Counted from the first letter of the stretch, positions 1-9,578 are shown. The stretch: 64,000 bases of DNA from Dehalococcoidia bacterium (GCA_963667465.2 CAXXDN010000002.1:1440001-1504000), one strand, 5' to 3'. Notes: generated from the sequence alone by a model not told the origin. A program made the numbers and translations.

Positions 1-109
1 AGCGCGCCGGCACGCATCGCAGCCTCCCGTGCGGGCAGCATCGCGCCACTCCCGCACTCGCGCGCATGGTAGCGTGCGCCCGCAGCGAGGCGGGAGAGGA
101 GCCGGCGCG

Positions 110-847
110 GTGATCAAGGCAATCCTGGCGCTCTGGGCGGAGCGCGACCTCGAGCCACTGGACGTCCAGTGGGATGTGCTCGACCGCTGCGCGGAGACGG
201 TGCTCGGCAGCGGCGCCGTGCCGCCGCCGCTCGGCCTCACGCTCAACCTCGCCGACCTCGCCAGCGGCGAGCGCTGGGACCGCGGCGGACCGGAAGGGCC
301 GATGGCGGACGCGCTGGTCGCCATCTGGGCGAACGACGTCTGGGCTGAGGACGGAACGTTCGCAGCCTTCGCGAACGCCCTCGCGGGCATGGACGGCATC
401 GCCCGCCTCCAGGGCTGGACGGTCGAGGAGCACTACCGGAAGCGCTACGAGCGCGACTGGGCGGACGGCGAGCTGACGCCGGGCGTGAAGATGATGACGC
501 TGATGCGGATCGCGCCGGGACGCTCGCACGAGCAGTGCGCGCGCCACTGGCTGGACGTCCACACGCCGCTCGCGATGCGCATCCACGTCGGGATGCAGCA
601 CTACGTGCAGAACGTCGTGCACGCCCCGCTGGCCGGCGCGGGCGCGGACCCGGACGTCTTCGGCATCGTCGAGCTGCACATGCGATCGCGCGAAGCCTTC
701 CACGAGGAGCGCTACGACTCCGACGAGGGACGGCGCGAGATCTACGAAGACATCCCAAAGTTCATGGCGCTGGACCGCGCGACCGGCGGCTACTTCACCG
801 AGCGCATCCTGCGCACCCCGCCCGGAGCCGCGCGGGGCTCCTCGTAA
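110..847 (+). CDS. EthD domain-containing protein
   Basis: C-terminal EthD-like segment (HWLDVHTPLA...YVQNVV...GIVELH); GTG at 110 follows AGAGGAG. Confidence 0.7.
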   Translation: MIKAILALWAERDLEPLDVQWDVLDRCAETVLGSGAVPPPLGLTLNLADLASGERWDRGGPEGPMADALVAIWANDVWAEDGTFAAFANALAGMDGIARLQGWTVEEHYRKRYERDWADGELTPGVKMMTLMRIAPGRSHEQCARHWLDVHTPLAMRIHVGMQHYVQNVVHAPLAGAGADPDVFGIVELHMRSREAFHEERYDSDEGRREIYEDIPKFMALDRATGGYFTERILRTPPGAARGSS

Positions 848-876
848 CCGCCGGGCCTGGCGGAAGGGACGCCGCG

Positions 877-1719
877 ATGCAGCAGTTCAAGGGCCGCGTG
901 GCCGTCGTCACCGGCGGGGCGAGCGGGATCGGCCGCGCCATGGCGGAGCGCTTCGCCGAGGCCGGCATGCGCGTCGTGCTCGCCGACGTCGAGCGCGACG
1001 CCCTCGATGCGACCGCGGGGGAGCTGCGCGACGGCGGCGCCGAGGTGCTCGGCGTCGAGACGGATGTCTCGAGCGCGGAGAGCGTGGACGCCCTCGCGGA
1101 CCGCGCCTGGGAGGCGTTCGGCGCGGTGCACGTGGTCTGCAACAACGCCGGGGTCGGCGGCGCGAACGTCGCCTCCTACCGGGCGACGCTTGCGGACTGG
1201 CAATGGACGCTGGGCGTCAACCTCTGGGGCGTGGTCCACGGCGTGCGCTCGTTCGTCCCCCGGATGATCGAGGGCGGCGAGGAAGGCCACGTCGTCAACA
1301 CCGCCTCGATCGCGGGGCTGACTCCGCTGCCCGGCAACGCCCCCTACGGCGTGAGCAAGGCCGGCGTCGTGGCCCTCACTGAGTCGCTGCAACTCGAGCT
1401 CGAACTCCGCGACGCGCCCGTGCGCGCCTCGGTGCTCTGTCCGGGCATCGTGCGCACAAACATCCTCGACTCCCAGCGCAACCGGCCCGAGGAACTACAG
1501 AATCCCGGCGCACCGCGCCCGGATCCGGTCCAGGAACGGCTGCGCGACGAGTTCGCGCGGAACGCGATCCAGCCCGCCACGGTCGCAGCGAAGGTCTTCG
1601 ACGCCATCCGTAAGCAGCGCTTCTGGATCCTCACCCACGACGACATCGACCCGTGGATACGCCGCCGCGCCGACGGCATCCTGGCGCGCGCGAACCCGCA
1701 GGTGAGGCCGCGCGGGTAG
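877..1719 (+). CDS. Short-chain dehydrogenase/reductase
   Basis: TGGASGIG, NNAG, YGVSK motifs. Confidence 0.92.
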   Translation: MQQFKGRVAVVTGGASGIGRAMAERFAEAGMRVVLADVERDALDATAGELRDGGAEVLGVETDVSSAESVDALADRAWEAFGAVHVVCNNAGVGGANVASYRATLADWQWTLGVNLWGVVHGVRSFVPRMIEGGEEGHVVNTASIAGLTPLPGNAPYGVSKAGVVALTESLQLELELRDAPVRASVLCPGIVRTNILDSQRNRPEELQNPGAPRPDPVQERLRDEFARNAIQPATVAAKVFDAIRKQRFWILTHDDIDPWIRRRADGILARANPQVRPRG

Positions 1720-1750
1720 GCCGGAGCGGGCCGCGAGGAGGAATGAGCGA

Positions 1751-2593
1751 GTGCAGGACCTCGAGGGCCGCGTGGCGGTCGTCACCGGAGCGGGGAGCGG
1801 CATCGGGCGCGGGCTCGCCCGGCGCTTCGCCGGGGAGGGCATGCGCGTCGTGCTCGCCGATGTCGAGCGTGACGCCCTCGAAGCGGCCTCGGGCGAGCTG
1901 CGCGACACGGGCGCGGAGCTGCTCGCCGTCGAGACCGACGTCTCGATTGCGGCGAGCGTCGAGGCGCTCGCCGATCGCGCCTACGAGGCGTTCGGCGCGG
2001 TGCACGTGCTGTGCAACAACGCCGGCGTCGGCGGAGGCCGCGGCCCGACCCAGGACACGACCATCGCCGACTGGCAATGGATCCTCGGCGTCAACCTCTG
2101 GGGCGTCATCCATGGCGTGCGCTCGTTCGTTCCGAGGATGCTCGACAGCGGCGAGGAAGGCCACGTCGTCAACACTTCGTCGTTCGCGGGACTGGCCGCG
2201 ACGCCGTTCAACACCGTCTACGGCACGAGCAAGGCGGGCGTGGTCGCGTTGACCGAGTCGCTGCACCTGGAGCTGGAGCTGCGCGGAGCGCCCGTGCGCG
2301 CCTCGGTGCTCTGTCCCGGCCTGATCCGCACGAACATCCTGGACGCCGAGCGCAACCGGCCGGAGGCGCTGCGCAGCGCGGAGCAAGCGACCGAGGGCTC
2401 CGGGCGCGCCCGCCTGCGCGACGCCATGGAGAGCAGCGGCATGCTGCCCGCCGAGGTAGCCGAGTGGGTCGTCGGGGCGATCCGCGAGCAGCGCTTTTGG
2501 GTCCTGACGCACGATGATATTGATCCGTGGGTGCGGCAGCGGGCCGAGAGCGTCCTGACCCGCTCCAACCCGAGCGCGCGGCTCGGCGGCTGA
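1751..2593 (+). CDS. Short-chain dehydrogenase/reductase, tandem paralogue of 877-1719
   Basis: TGAGSGIG, NNAG, YGTSK; long near-identical stretches shared with the upstream SDR; RBS GAGGAGG. Confidence 0.92.
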   Translation: MQDLEGRVAVVTGAGSGIGRGLARRFAGEGMRVVLADVERDALEAASGELRDTGAELLAVETDVSIAASVEALADRAYEAFGAVHVLCNNAGVGGGRGPTQDTTIADWQWILGVNLWGVIHGVRSFVPRMLDSGEEGHVVNTSSFAGLAATPFNTVYGTSKAGVVALTESLHLELELRGAPVRASVLCPGLIRTNILDAERNRPEALRSAEQATEGSGRARLRDAMESSGMLPAEVAEWVVGAIREQRFWVLTHDDIDPWVRQRAESVLTRSNPSARLGG

Positions 2594-2635
2594 GCACCCG
2601 CGCACGCATCGAGGACGCAGCAGAGGAGGCGGCCT

Positions 2636-3502
2636 GTGGAGCTTGGAGCGGGATTCCCGCAGCGTGCGATCGGAAGCGACAACGGGGCGCTGCGCGACTA
2701 CGTGCAGGGCGTCGAGCAGCTCGGCTACACGCACATCCGCGCCGCCGACCACGTGCTTGGCGCCGACGCGTCGCAGTACGAGTTGGAGGGGCCATACACG
2801 CACCACGCGATCTTCCGCGAGCCGCTCGTGATGTTCGGCTACGTCGCCGCGCTGACCTCGCGCATCAAGCTCATCACCAGCGTGCTGATCCTCTCGCAGC
2901 GCCAGACCGCGCTTGTCGCCAAGCAGGCGGCCGAGGTCGACCTCCTCTCCGGCGGACGGCTCGAGCTGGGCATCGGCAGCGGCTGGAACGAGGTCGAGTA
3001 CGAGGCGCTGGGCGTCGACTTCGCGACGCGCGGCTCACGCATCGAGGAGCAGATCGGACTGCTGCACCGGCTCTGGGAGGAGTCCCTCGTGACCTTCGAG
3101 GGCGAGCATCACGCCGTCCGCGCCGCCGGCATCAACCCGCTGCCCGGGCGCCGCATCCCGATCTGGATGGGCGGCTACGCGCGCGTGATGATGGAGCGCA
3201 CGGGACGCCTCGGCGATGGCTGGCTCGTGCCGCCGCGCTTCCACAGTCCCGAGGGTTTCCTGCCGCGCCGCGATCGCGTGCTCGCCGCCGCGGAGGCGGC
3301 CGGCCGCGACCCCTCGAAGCTGGGCTTCAACCTCAGCGTCAGCACGAAGGGCAAGGACCTCGACGAGCAGCTGCGGCGCGCCGAGCTGTGGCGCGGGATG
3401 GGCGCGACGCGCTTCACCGTGAGCACCAACACCTCCGGCATGGCCACCGTCGGCGAGCACCTCGCTGCGCTGCGCGCCTTCATCGAAGCGTACACGGAGT
3501 AG
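2636..3502 (+). CDS. Luciferase-like (LLM) oxidoreductase, probably F420-dependent
   Basis: ADHV, AKQAAEVDLLSGGRLELGIGSGWNEVEY. Confidence 0.88.
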   Translation: MELGAGFPQRAIGSDNGALRDYVQGVEQLGYTHIRAADHVLGADASQYELEGPYTHHAIFREPLVMFGYVAALTSRIKLITSVLILSQRQTALVAKQAAEVDLLSGGRLELGIGSGWNEVEYEALGVDFATRGSRIEEQIGLLHRLWEESLVTFEGEHHAVRAAGINPLPGRRIPIWMGGYARVMMERTGRLGDGWLVPPRFHSPEGFLPRRDRVLAAAEAAGRDPSKLGFNLSVSTKGKDLDEQLRRAELWRGMGATRFTVSTNTSGMATVGEHLAALRAFIEAYTE

Positions 3503-3530
3503 CGAGCGCGCAGGCCGGGAGGGCTGGCCC

Positions 3531-4115
3531 GTGAAGATCTACACACGCACCGGCGACGAGGGCGACACCGGGCTGTTCGGCGGGCCGCGCGTCCCCAAGG
3601 ACGACGCTCGCGTCGAGGCCTACGGCGCCGTCGACGAGCTGAACGCCGCCCTCGGCGTCGCCGCCGCAGGGCTCGACGGCGAGGCTTCGCCCGACCTCGG
3701 GGGGATGCTGCACGAGATCCAGTCGACGCTGTTCGACCTCGGCGGCGAGCTGGCCACACCGGACGCGCGCGAACGCGCGGCGAGCGGCAAGGTCACGCCG
3801 TTGCTCGCCGAGGGTGCGAGCGAGCGCCTCGAGGGCTGGATCGATGCGCTGGAGCAGGAGCTGGAGCCCCTGACGCAGTTCATCCTGCCCGGTGGCGCAC
3901 CGGTCGCCGCCGCGCTGCACCACGCGCGGACCGTCTGCCGCCGCGCCGAGCGGCGCGTGGTCTCGCTGACAACCCTGGAGGAGGTCGCGATCGAGCTGCT
4001 GGTCTACCTCAACCGGCTCTCGGACTTCCTGTTCGTCGCGGCGCGCGCCGTCAACCGGCGCGAGGGCGTCGAGGAGCCGCGCTGGGCCTCGCCGCGCGAG
4101 GCTTCGGAGCGCTGA
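3531..4115 (+). CDS. pduO: ATP:cob(I)alamin adenosyltransferase, PduO type
   Basis: KIYTRTGDEG, EAYGAVDELN, ARTVCRRAER, YLNRLSDFLF. Confidence 0.93.
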   Translation: MKIYTRTGDEGDTGLFGGPRVPKDDARVEAYGAVDELNAALGVAAAGLDGEASPDLGGMLHEIQSTLFDLGGELATPDARERAASGKVTPLLAEGASERLEGWIDALEQELEPLTQFILPGGAPVAAALHHARTVCRRAERRVVSLTTLEEVAIELLVYLNRLSDFLFVAARAVNRREGVEEPRWASPREASER

Positions 4116-4133
4116 GGCGATTGCGTCCGGGTG

Positions 4134-5210
4134 CTACGCGGTGGCGGCGACGGGCGCGAGCGCTACGGCGGCCTCGCGCAGCAGCTCGACCGTCTCGTCC
4201 CAGCCGATGCAGGCATCGGTGATCGAGACGCCGTAGCGGAGCGCGTTCGGGTCGTCGCCGAGGGACTGGTTGCCCTCGTTGAGGTGACTCTCGAGCATCA
4301 GGCCGATGATCCCGCGGTTGCCCTCCGCGCGCTGCGCGATCACGTCGCGGAAGGCGATCGACTGGCGGCGGTGGTCCTTGCCGGAGTTGGCGTGGCTGCA
4401 GTCGACGAGCACGGTCGGGGTGAGGCTGGCGGCCTCGAGTTGCTCGTGCGTCGCGCACACGGACTCAGCGTCGAAGTTCGTCCCGTCGCTCCCCCCGCGC
4501 AGCACGATGTGCCCGTAGGGGTTGCCACTCGTCTGCACCGTGCAGGTCCGACCCTCGCGGTCGATGCCCAGAAACGCGTGCGGCTCGCGCGCCGAGAGCA
4601 GCGCGTTCACGGCGACCTCGATGTTGCCGTCCGTGCTGTTCTTGAAGCCGACGGGCATGCTCAGGCCGCTCGCCATCTGGCGGTGCGTCTGGCTCTCCGT
4701 GGTGCGCGCGCCGACGGCGACCCAGGAGATGAGGTCCGCCAGGTACTGCGGTGCAATCGGGTCCAGGAACTCCGTGCCCATCGGCAGCCCGAGGCCCCCG
4801 ATGTCGATCAGCAGCTGGCGTGCGCGGCGGAGCCCGGCGTCGATGTTGAACGATCCATCGAGGTTCGGGTCGTAGATCAGGCCCTTCCAGCCGACGGTCG
4901 TGCGCGGCTTCTCGAAGTAGGCGCGCATCACGACCAGCACGCGGTCCTCGATCTCGCGGGCGAGGCTCGCGAGGCGCTGGGCGTACTCCATCGCGGAGCG
5001 CTCGTCGTGGATCGAGCAGGGGCCGGCGACGAACAGCATCCGGTCGTCGCGGCCGGACAGGATCTCCTCGATCTCGCGGCGACCCCGCACGACTGTCTCC
5101 AGCACGTCTGCGGGAATCGGCAACTCGGCCTCGAACTCCGAGGGCGTCGGCAGGGGGATCGTGCCGGCGATGTTGAGGTCAGAAACGGGACGGTCGAGGT
5201 AGTCGGCCAT
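4134..5210 (-). CDS. aroG: DAHP synthase, class I-alpha
   Basis: GPCSIHD, YFEKPRTTVGWKG, GARTTESQTHRQMASGLS, DCSHANS; isoenzyme (aroF/G/H) not resolvable. Confidence 0.93.
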   Translation of the reverse strand: MADYLDRPVSDLNIAGTIPLPTPSEFEAELPIPADVLETVVRGRREIEEILSGRDDRMLFVAGPCSIHDERSAMEYAQRLASLAREIEDRVLVVMRAYFEKPRTTVGWKGLIYDPNLDGSFNIDAGLRRARQLLIDIGGLGLPMGTEFLDPIAPQYLADLISWVAVGARTTESQTHRQMASGLSMPVGFKNSTDGNIEVAVNALLSAREPHAFLGIDREGRTCTVQTSGNPYGHIVLRGGSDGTNFDAESVCATHEQLEAASLTPTVLVDCSHANSGKDHRRQSIAFRDVIAQRAEGNRGIIGLMLESHLNEGNQSLGDDPNALRYGVSITDACIGWDETVELLREAAVALAPVAATA

Positions 5211-5328
5211 AGTGTCCTCCCGGGACGGGTGATGCGTGACGCAGTGCGCCGTATTGCCTCAAGTGACCGGGCGGCCGGACCGTCCGCGCTGGATGCCCGC
5301 GAACGTGGGGAGCCGTCGGCACGAATAA

Positions 5329-5338
5329 TCGTAGCATC
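5329..5338 (-). promoter_or_regulatory. Candidate extended -10 (TGCTACGAT) for the DAHP synthase gene
   Basis: TGnTAnnnT on the minus strand; the same 9-mer recurs upstream of the protease at 6543-6551. Confidence 0.45.
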
Positions 5339-5375
5339 GCGATCGTTCTGCCGATAGCGCGTGCATCGCATCATT

Positions 5376-5600
5376 GGACCTGTTATCAGGATGGGCCGCA
5401 GCGCAGCGCAACCTGGTCGCGGCCAGCGTGGATGGCCGGGGCGTCTGTTGCAGGCAACCATCCGCAGTGGAGCGTCGCGACCTGGCGGCCGGACTCGAAC
5501 TCACGCCGCAGGATGGCGGCGCAACCCGCGGCCGTCGCTTCGGCGAGGCCCCGGCGCACCTTCTTGCCACATCTCGACCTGGGGCTCCGTCCTAGGGTCC
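5376..5600 (+). ncRNA. Candidate structured non-coding RNA, family unassigned
   Basis: Long closing helix, several nested stems containing G-U pairs, a cUUCGg loop and an 8-bp potential pseudoknot; see findings. Confidence 0.5.
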
Positions 5601-5684
5601 GCCGGGTCCGAAACGAATGAAGGAAGGTCGTCTATGTTCGATTGGTGCGTGCTTCCTTCCCGGAGCCGAAGAGGCTGCATAGCA

Positions 5685-6422
5685 TTATTCATCTGCGAGT
5701 AGTGTCTCGATCACTGCGGGCAAACTGCGCCACGAGATGCCACCACCGTCGCCTTCGACCTGCGTGTCCGTAGCGCCTTCCTGGATCATCCCGACTACCG
5801 CGCCGCAGAGATCCACGATAGGCCCGCCGCTATCCCCTCGGTTCAGCGGCGCGTCGGTGCGCATCAGGTGCAGGTCTGGCTCCACGTAGTCAAAGAACCC
5901 CGCAGAGTAGATGCCCTGCGTGACCGTGGCGTAGTGCGTCCGTGCCTGGCTGTACCCGAATGCGAGCACCGTGTCGCCGAGACCGCCAAACTCTGAGAAG
6001 GCCAGCGCCAAGAGCACGTCCTCTCCTTCGGCATCAGTCATAGCCGGCGCGTGCAATACGGCCACGTCGGTGGGAAGACCGATGGCGCCGACGAGGCGTG
6101 CGTTCGGGACATCCACGATCGTGTTTTCGATGTGGATGCGCCGGGCGCCGTCCACCACATGGGCTGCCGTAGCCCAGTACCCGTCCCCAAGATAGAACGC
6201 CGTGCCCCATCCATCGCCTGATCGACGTACCGCGGTGACCTCGGCGACGCTCTCGATGACGCGATCTACCGCGTCCACCGCTGTGCATTCCCGGTCCGTG
6301 GAGAGGACGAGATCGAACAACTCGTCTGACAGAACATCGTCCGGGAGCCACGGCAAGAACGGGCTCAGGCTGAATCCAAGGTGGAGAGCGATCGCCAGAA
6401 CAACGGCAAGCACGAACTGCAA
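5685..6422 (-). CDS. Trypsin-like (S1) serine protease with N-terminal signal/anchor
   Basis: TAAHVV, DVAVL, GDSGGP triad; GGGAGG RBS 7 nt before TTG; visibly lower GC than flanks. Confidence 0.85.
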   Translation of the reverse strand: MQFVLAVVLAIALHLGFSLSPFLPWLPDDVLSDELFDLVLSTDRECTAVDAVDRVIESVAEVTAVRRSGDGWGTAFYLGDGYWATAAHVVDGARRIHIENTIVDVPNARLVGAIGLPTDVAVLHAPAMTDAEGEDVLLALAFSEFGGLGDTVLAFGYSQARTHYATVTQGIYSAGFFDYVEPDLHLMRTDAPLNRGDSGGPIVDLCGAVVGMIQEGATDTQVEGDGGGISWRSLPAVIETLLADE

Positions 6423-6451
6423 GGTGATGCCTCCCTACGGTGAACGGGATA

Positions 6452-6551
6452 CCGCTCACCACAAGCAGGCATGACGCAGCACCGCAGGGAGACGCGCGAT
6501 CCCGTCTCGGCCACATCACCTATGCTTGTGATGAGGCGGGCTATCGTAGCA
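6452..6551 (-). promoter_or_regulatory. Extended -10 plus long 5' leader hairpin of the protease gene
   Basis: TGCTACGAT at 6543-6551, then an ~88-nt imperfect inverted repeat whose G-U pairs work on the minus strand. Confidence 0.5.
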
Positions 6552-6935
6552 CGGCGTAACCCGTATGGAGTGCGCTCGCGTCAGGAGGGACAGCCCTTGG
6601 CGAAGTCCGAGCGGCGCATCTTCTCGGAGCTGCCCTCGTGATGGTGGCTATCGGTTCTCAGAGCGCGAGTCACAGCACTTGGCCTAGTTAGCCGCTCGGG
6701 GAGATGCCGCGCCGGGTCAGGCGCGCGGATTTCGATGGCAATCCTGTTGTGCTGCGGCGAGCTGGTCCCGTGGGCCCGGTAACCGCTACTTCCGATGCAC
6801 GGCAGCGCGTGCTGTCAAAAGACCGTGAACGTTCGCCGCTCGCCGCAATCCCGCACTTGCGCCCTCGCGCCGCCGCCTCGCGGCGCGCTACCCTGCGCGC
6901 GGCGCATACGCAGCGCCCGGCGAGAGGCAGGCCCG

Positions 6936-8252
6936 ATGGCGGACGACGGCGCGTTCGCGCTCCACGTGCCGGTGCACTACCGGCGGCTCGGCAACGGGCT
7001 GCGCGTCGTCGTCTCGCCGGACGACTCGGCGCCGATCGTCGCCGTCGCCGTCTACTACGAGGTCGGCTTCCGGCTCGAGCCGCGAGGGCGCTCCGGTTTC
7101 GCGCACCTCTTCGAGCACCTGATGTTCCAGGGCTCGGGCCAGCTGGCGAAGATGGAGCTCGTGCAGCTCGTGCAGCAGAACGGCGGCGTGCTCAACGGCA
7201 CCACGCGCACCGACTACACCAACTACTTCGAGGTGCTCCCCAAGCCCGCGCTGGAGCTCGCGCTCTGGCTGGAGGCGGACCGCATGCGCGGGCCGCGCAT
7301 CACCCGGGAGGAGCTCGACAACCAGCGCGACGTGGTCAAGAACGAGGTCCGCGTCAACGTCCTCAACCGCCCCTACGGCGGCTTCCCCTGGATCGACATG
7401 GGCGAGCGCGCCTTCCGCAACTGGCACAACTCCCACAACGGCTACGGCGAGTTCGAGGACCTCGACGCCGCCAGCCTCGACGATGTGTGGGCCTTCTTCG
7501 GCGACTACTACTCGCCCCGGAACGCAGTGCTCGTGATCGTCGGCGACGTGGACGCCGGGGAGGCGTTCGCGCTGGCCGACCGGCACTTCGGATCGATCGA
7601 GGGCGCGCCCGCCCCGCCGCCGCCGGACCTCGCCGAGCCGCGGCAGGAGCGCGAGCAGGCGTTCACGAAGGCGGACCCGCTCGCCAGCCAGCCGGCCCTC
7701 GCCTTTGCCTACCACACGCCCGAGCGCGATACGCCCGAATACCTCGCGATGGGCGTGCTGCACCAGCTGCTCGCGGGAGGCGACGACTCGCTGCTACATC
7801 GCGAGTTGGTCAGCCGCCGCGGCTACTGCGGCGAGGTCGACGCGGGGATCAACTTCCTCGGCAACATGTTCAGCGCGCGCACGCCGCTGCTCTGGACCTG
7901 CTCGCTGATCCACGACGCGGAGACGCCGCCGGAGACAATCGTCGAGGCCGCCGAGGAGCTGATCGCCCCGCTACGCGAGACCGCGATCGACGCCGGGGCG
8001 TTCGAGCTCGCGCTCGTGAAGGCTCGCTCCGGCCTCTACTCCACGGTCGGCGGCGGGATGTACCCGGCGATCGGGCGCGCCGATCTGCTGGCCTCGTTCA
8101 CGCTGTTCGACGACGACCCGGAGCGCGTCAACCGCCTCGAGGCCGAACTGCGCGCCCTCAGCCCTGAGCTGGTCCTCGAGACCGCGCGCGAGTACCTGCG
8201 CCCCGAGGCGCGCACCGTGATCGCCGTCGAACCGGGAGCGAGCGCCCAATGA
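6936..8252 (+). CDS. M16 family zinc peptidase, catalytic subunit
   Basis: SGFAHLFEHLMFQGS (HXXEH), LWLEADRM, VVKNEVR. Confidence 0.92.
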   Translation: MADDGAFALHVPVHYRRLGNGLRVVVSPDDSAPIVAVAVYYEVGFRLEPRGRSGFAHLFEHLMFQGSGQLAKMELVQLVQQNGGVLNGTTRTDYTNYFEVLPKPALELALWLEADRMRGPRITREELDNQRDVVKNEVRVNVLNRPYGGFPWIDMGERAFRNWHNSHNGYGEFEDLDAASLDDVWAFFGDYYSPRNAVLVIVGDVDAGEAFALADRHFGSIEGAPAPPPPDLAEPRQEREQAFTKADPLASQPALAFAYHTPERDTPEYLAMGVLHQLLAGGDDSLLHRELVSRRGYCGEVDAGINFLGNMFSARTPLLWTCSLIHDAETPPETIVEAAEELIAPLRETAIDAGAFELALVKARSGLYSTVGGGMYPAIGRADLLASFTLFDDDPERVNRLEAELRALSPELVLETAREYLRPEARTVIAVEPGASAQ

Positions 8253-9565
8253 GCGCGCGACCGACCGCGGGCGCCCCGGCCCCGTTCCGCCTGCCGGAGC
8301 GCACGGACCTCACGCTCGGCAACGGGCTGCGCGCCACCTTCATCGAGTACGGCGCGGTGCCGAAGGCGTTCGTGCGCGTGTCCCTGCGCGCCGGCGGCCT
8401 CGACGAGCGCGAGGGCGCCTCGGGGCTCGCCGAGCTCGCCTCGCGTTACCTCAAGGAAGGCGCGGGAGACCTCGACGCGGGCGAGCTGGCGGCACGAATC
8501 GCCCGCTGCGGCGGACGGCTCGATACGCATAGCGGCGACGACTCGACCACGCTCGACGTGCAGGTGCTGTCCGAGTCCACGCCCGAGGCACTGCGGCTGC
8601 TCGGCGAGGTCGCCACGCGGCCGCGCCTGCCCAAGGACGAGCTGGAGCGGCTGCGCGCGGAGCTGCTGCGCGAGCTGGCCGTCGCCGCGACGGAGCCCAG
8701 CGTGCTGGCGCTGGAGCGCTTCCACGCCGCGCTCTACGGCGATCACCCCTACGCGCGCGTGCTGCCCGCTCGCGCGGATGTCGAGACGCTGGGCAGCGAG
8801 GATGTACGCGGCTTCGTCGCCGACGAGTTCGGCGCGGCGCGCGCACACGTGTACGTAGCCGGCCGCTTCGACCTCGCAGCGACCGAGCAGGCGCTGCGCG
8901 ATGCCTTCGAGGGCTGGACTGCCGGGCCCGCGCCGCTGATCGCGCCGCCCTCGCCGGGCAGCGAGCGCGCGATCCACCTCATCGACCGCCCGGGCGCGGA
9001 GCAGTCGACGATCCGCCTGGGGCTGCCGGCGCCGGACCCCTCGCACGAGGACTACCTGCCGCTGACGGTGGTCGATACGCTGCTCGGCGGTGCGTTTATG
9101 TCGCGCATCACCCTCAACCTGCGCGAAGACAAGGGCTACACGTACTCGCCGCGCAGCACCATCGCCGTGCACTACCGCGACGCCTACTGGATGCACGCCT
9201 CGGACGTGACGAGCGCCCACACCGGCGACTCGCTGCACGAGATCTTCGCCGAGATCGAGCGCCTGCGCGCCGAGCCGCCCTCGACCGGGGAGCTCGAGGG
9301 CGTCCAGCGCTTCATGGCCGGCGGGATGCTGGTGCGCAACGCAACGCCCGCAGGCCTGCTCGGGCAGCTCGGCTTCCTCGACTTCCACGAGCTGGGCGCG
9401 AGCTATGCCGAGCAGTACGTCGATCGCGTCTACGCGGTGACGCCGGCGCAGGTCAGCGAACTTGCGACTGCGTACCTGCGCCCCGAGGAGCTGACGATCG
9501 CGATCGCCGGGGACGCCTCGGTGATCCGCGAGCAAATCGCGCCGTATGGTGCTATCACTACGTAG
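8249..9565 (+). CDS. M16 family peptidase, non-catalytic partner subunit
   Basis: LGNGLR start, no HXXEH, LLGGAFMSRITLNLREDKGYTY; ATGA overlap with the upstream gene. Confidence 0.88.
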   Translation: MSARPTAGAPAPFRLPERTDLTLGNGLRATFIEYGAVPKAFVRVSLRAGGLDEREGASGLAELASRYLKEGAGDLDAGELAARIARCGGRLDTHSGDDSTTLDVQVLSESTPEALRLLGEVATRPRLPKDELERLRAELLRELAVAATEPSVLALERFHAALYGDHPYARVLPARADVETLGSEDVRGFVADEFGAARAHVYVAGRFDLAATEQALRDAFEGWTAGPAPLIAPPSPGSERAIHLIDRPGAEQSTIRLGLPAPDPSHEDYLPLTVVDTLLGGAFMSRITLNLREDKGYTYSPRSTIAVHYRDAYWMHASDVTSAHTGDSLHEIFAEIERLRAEPPSTGELEGVQRFMAGGMLVRNATPAGLLGQLGFLDFHELGASYAEQYVDRVYAVTPAQVSELATAYLRPEELTIAIAGDASVIREQIAPYGAITT

Positions 9566-9578
9566 CGAGGAACACCCT

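Noticed and set aside
5480-5560. tRNA-like GTTCGAGTCC...GCCA on the minus strand
   Set aside because: No cloverleaf with correct arm spacing; the bases are better explained by the plus-strand fold
6452-6539. Integron attC site
   Set aside because: Lacks RYYYAAC/GTTRRRY ends; single copy; no integron integrase
8249-9565. M16 subunit lacking HXXEH as a pseudogene or novelty
   Set aside because: Active/inactive M16B pairs are well known and the ORF is intact
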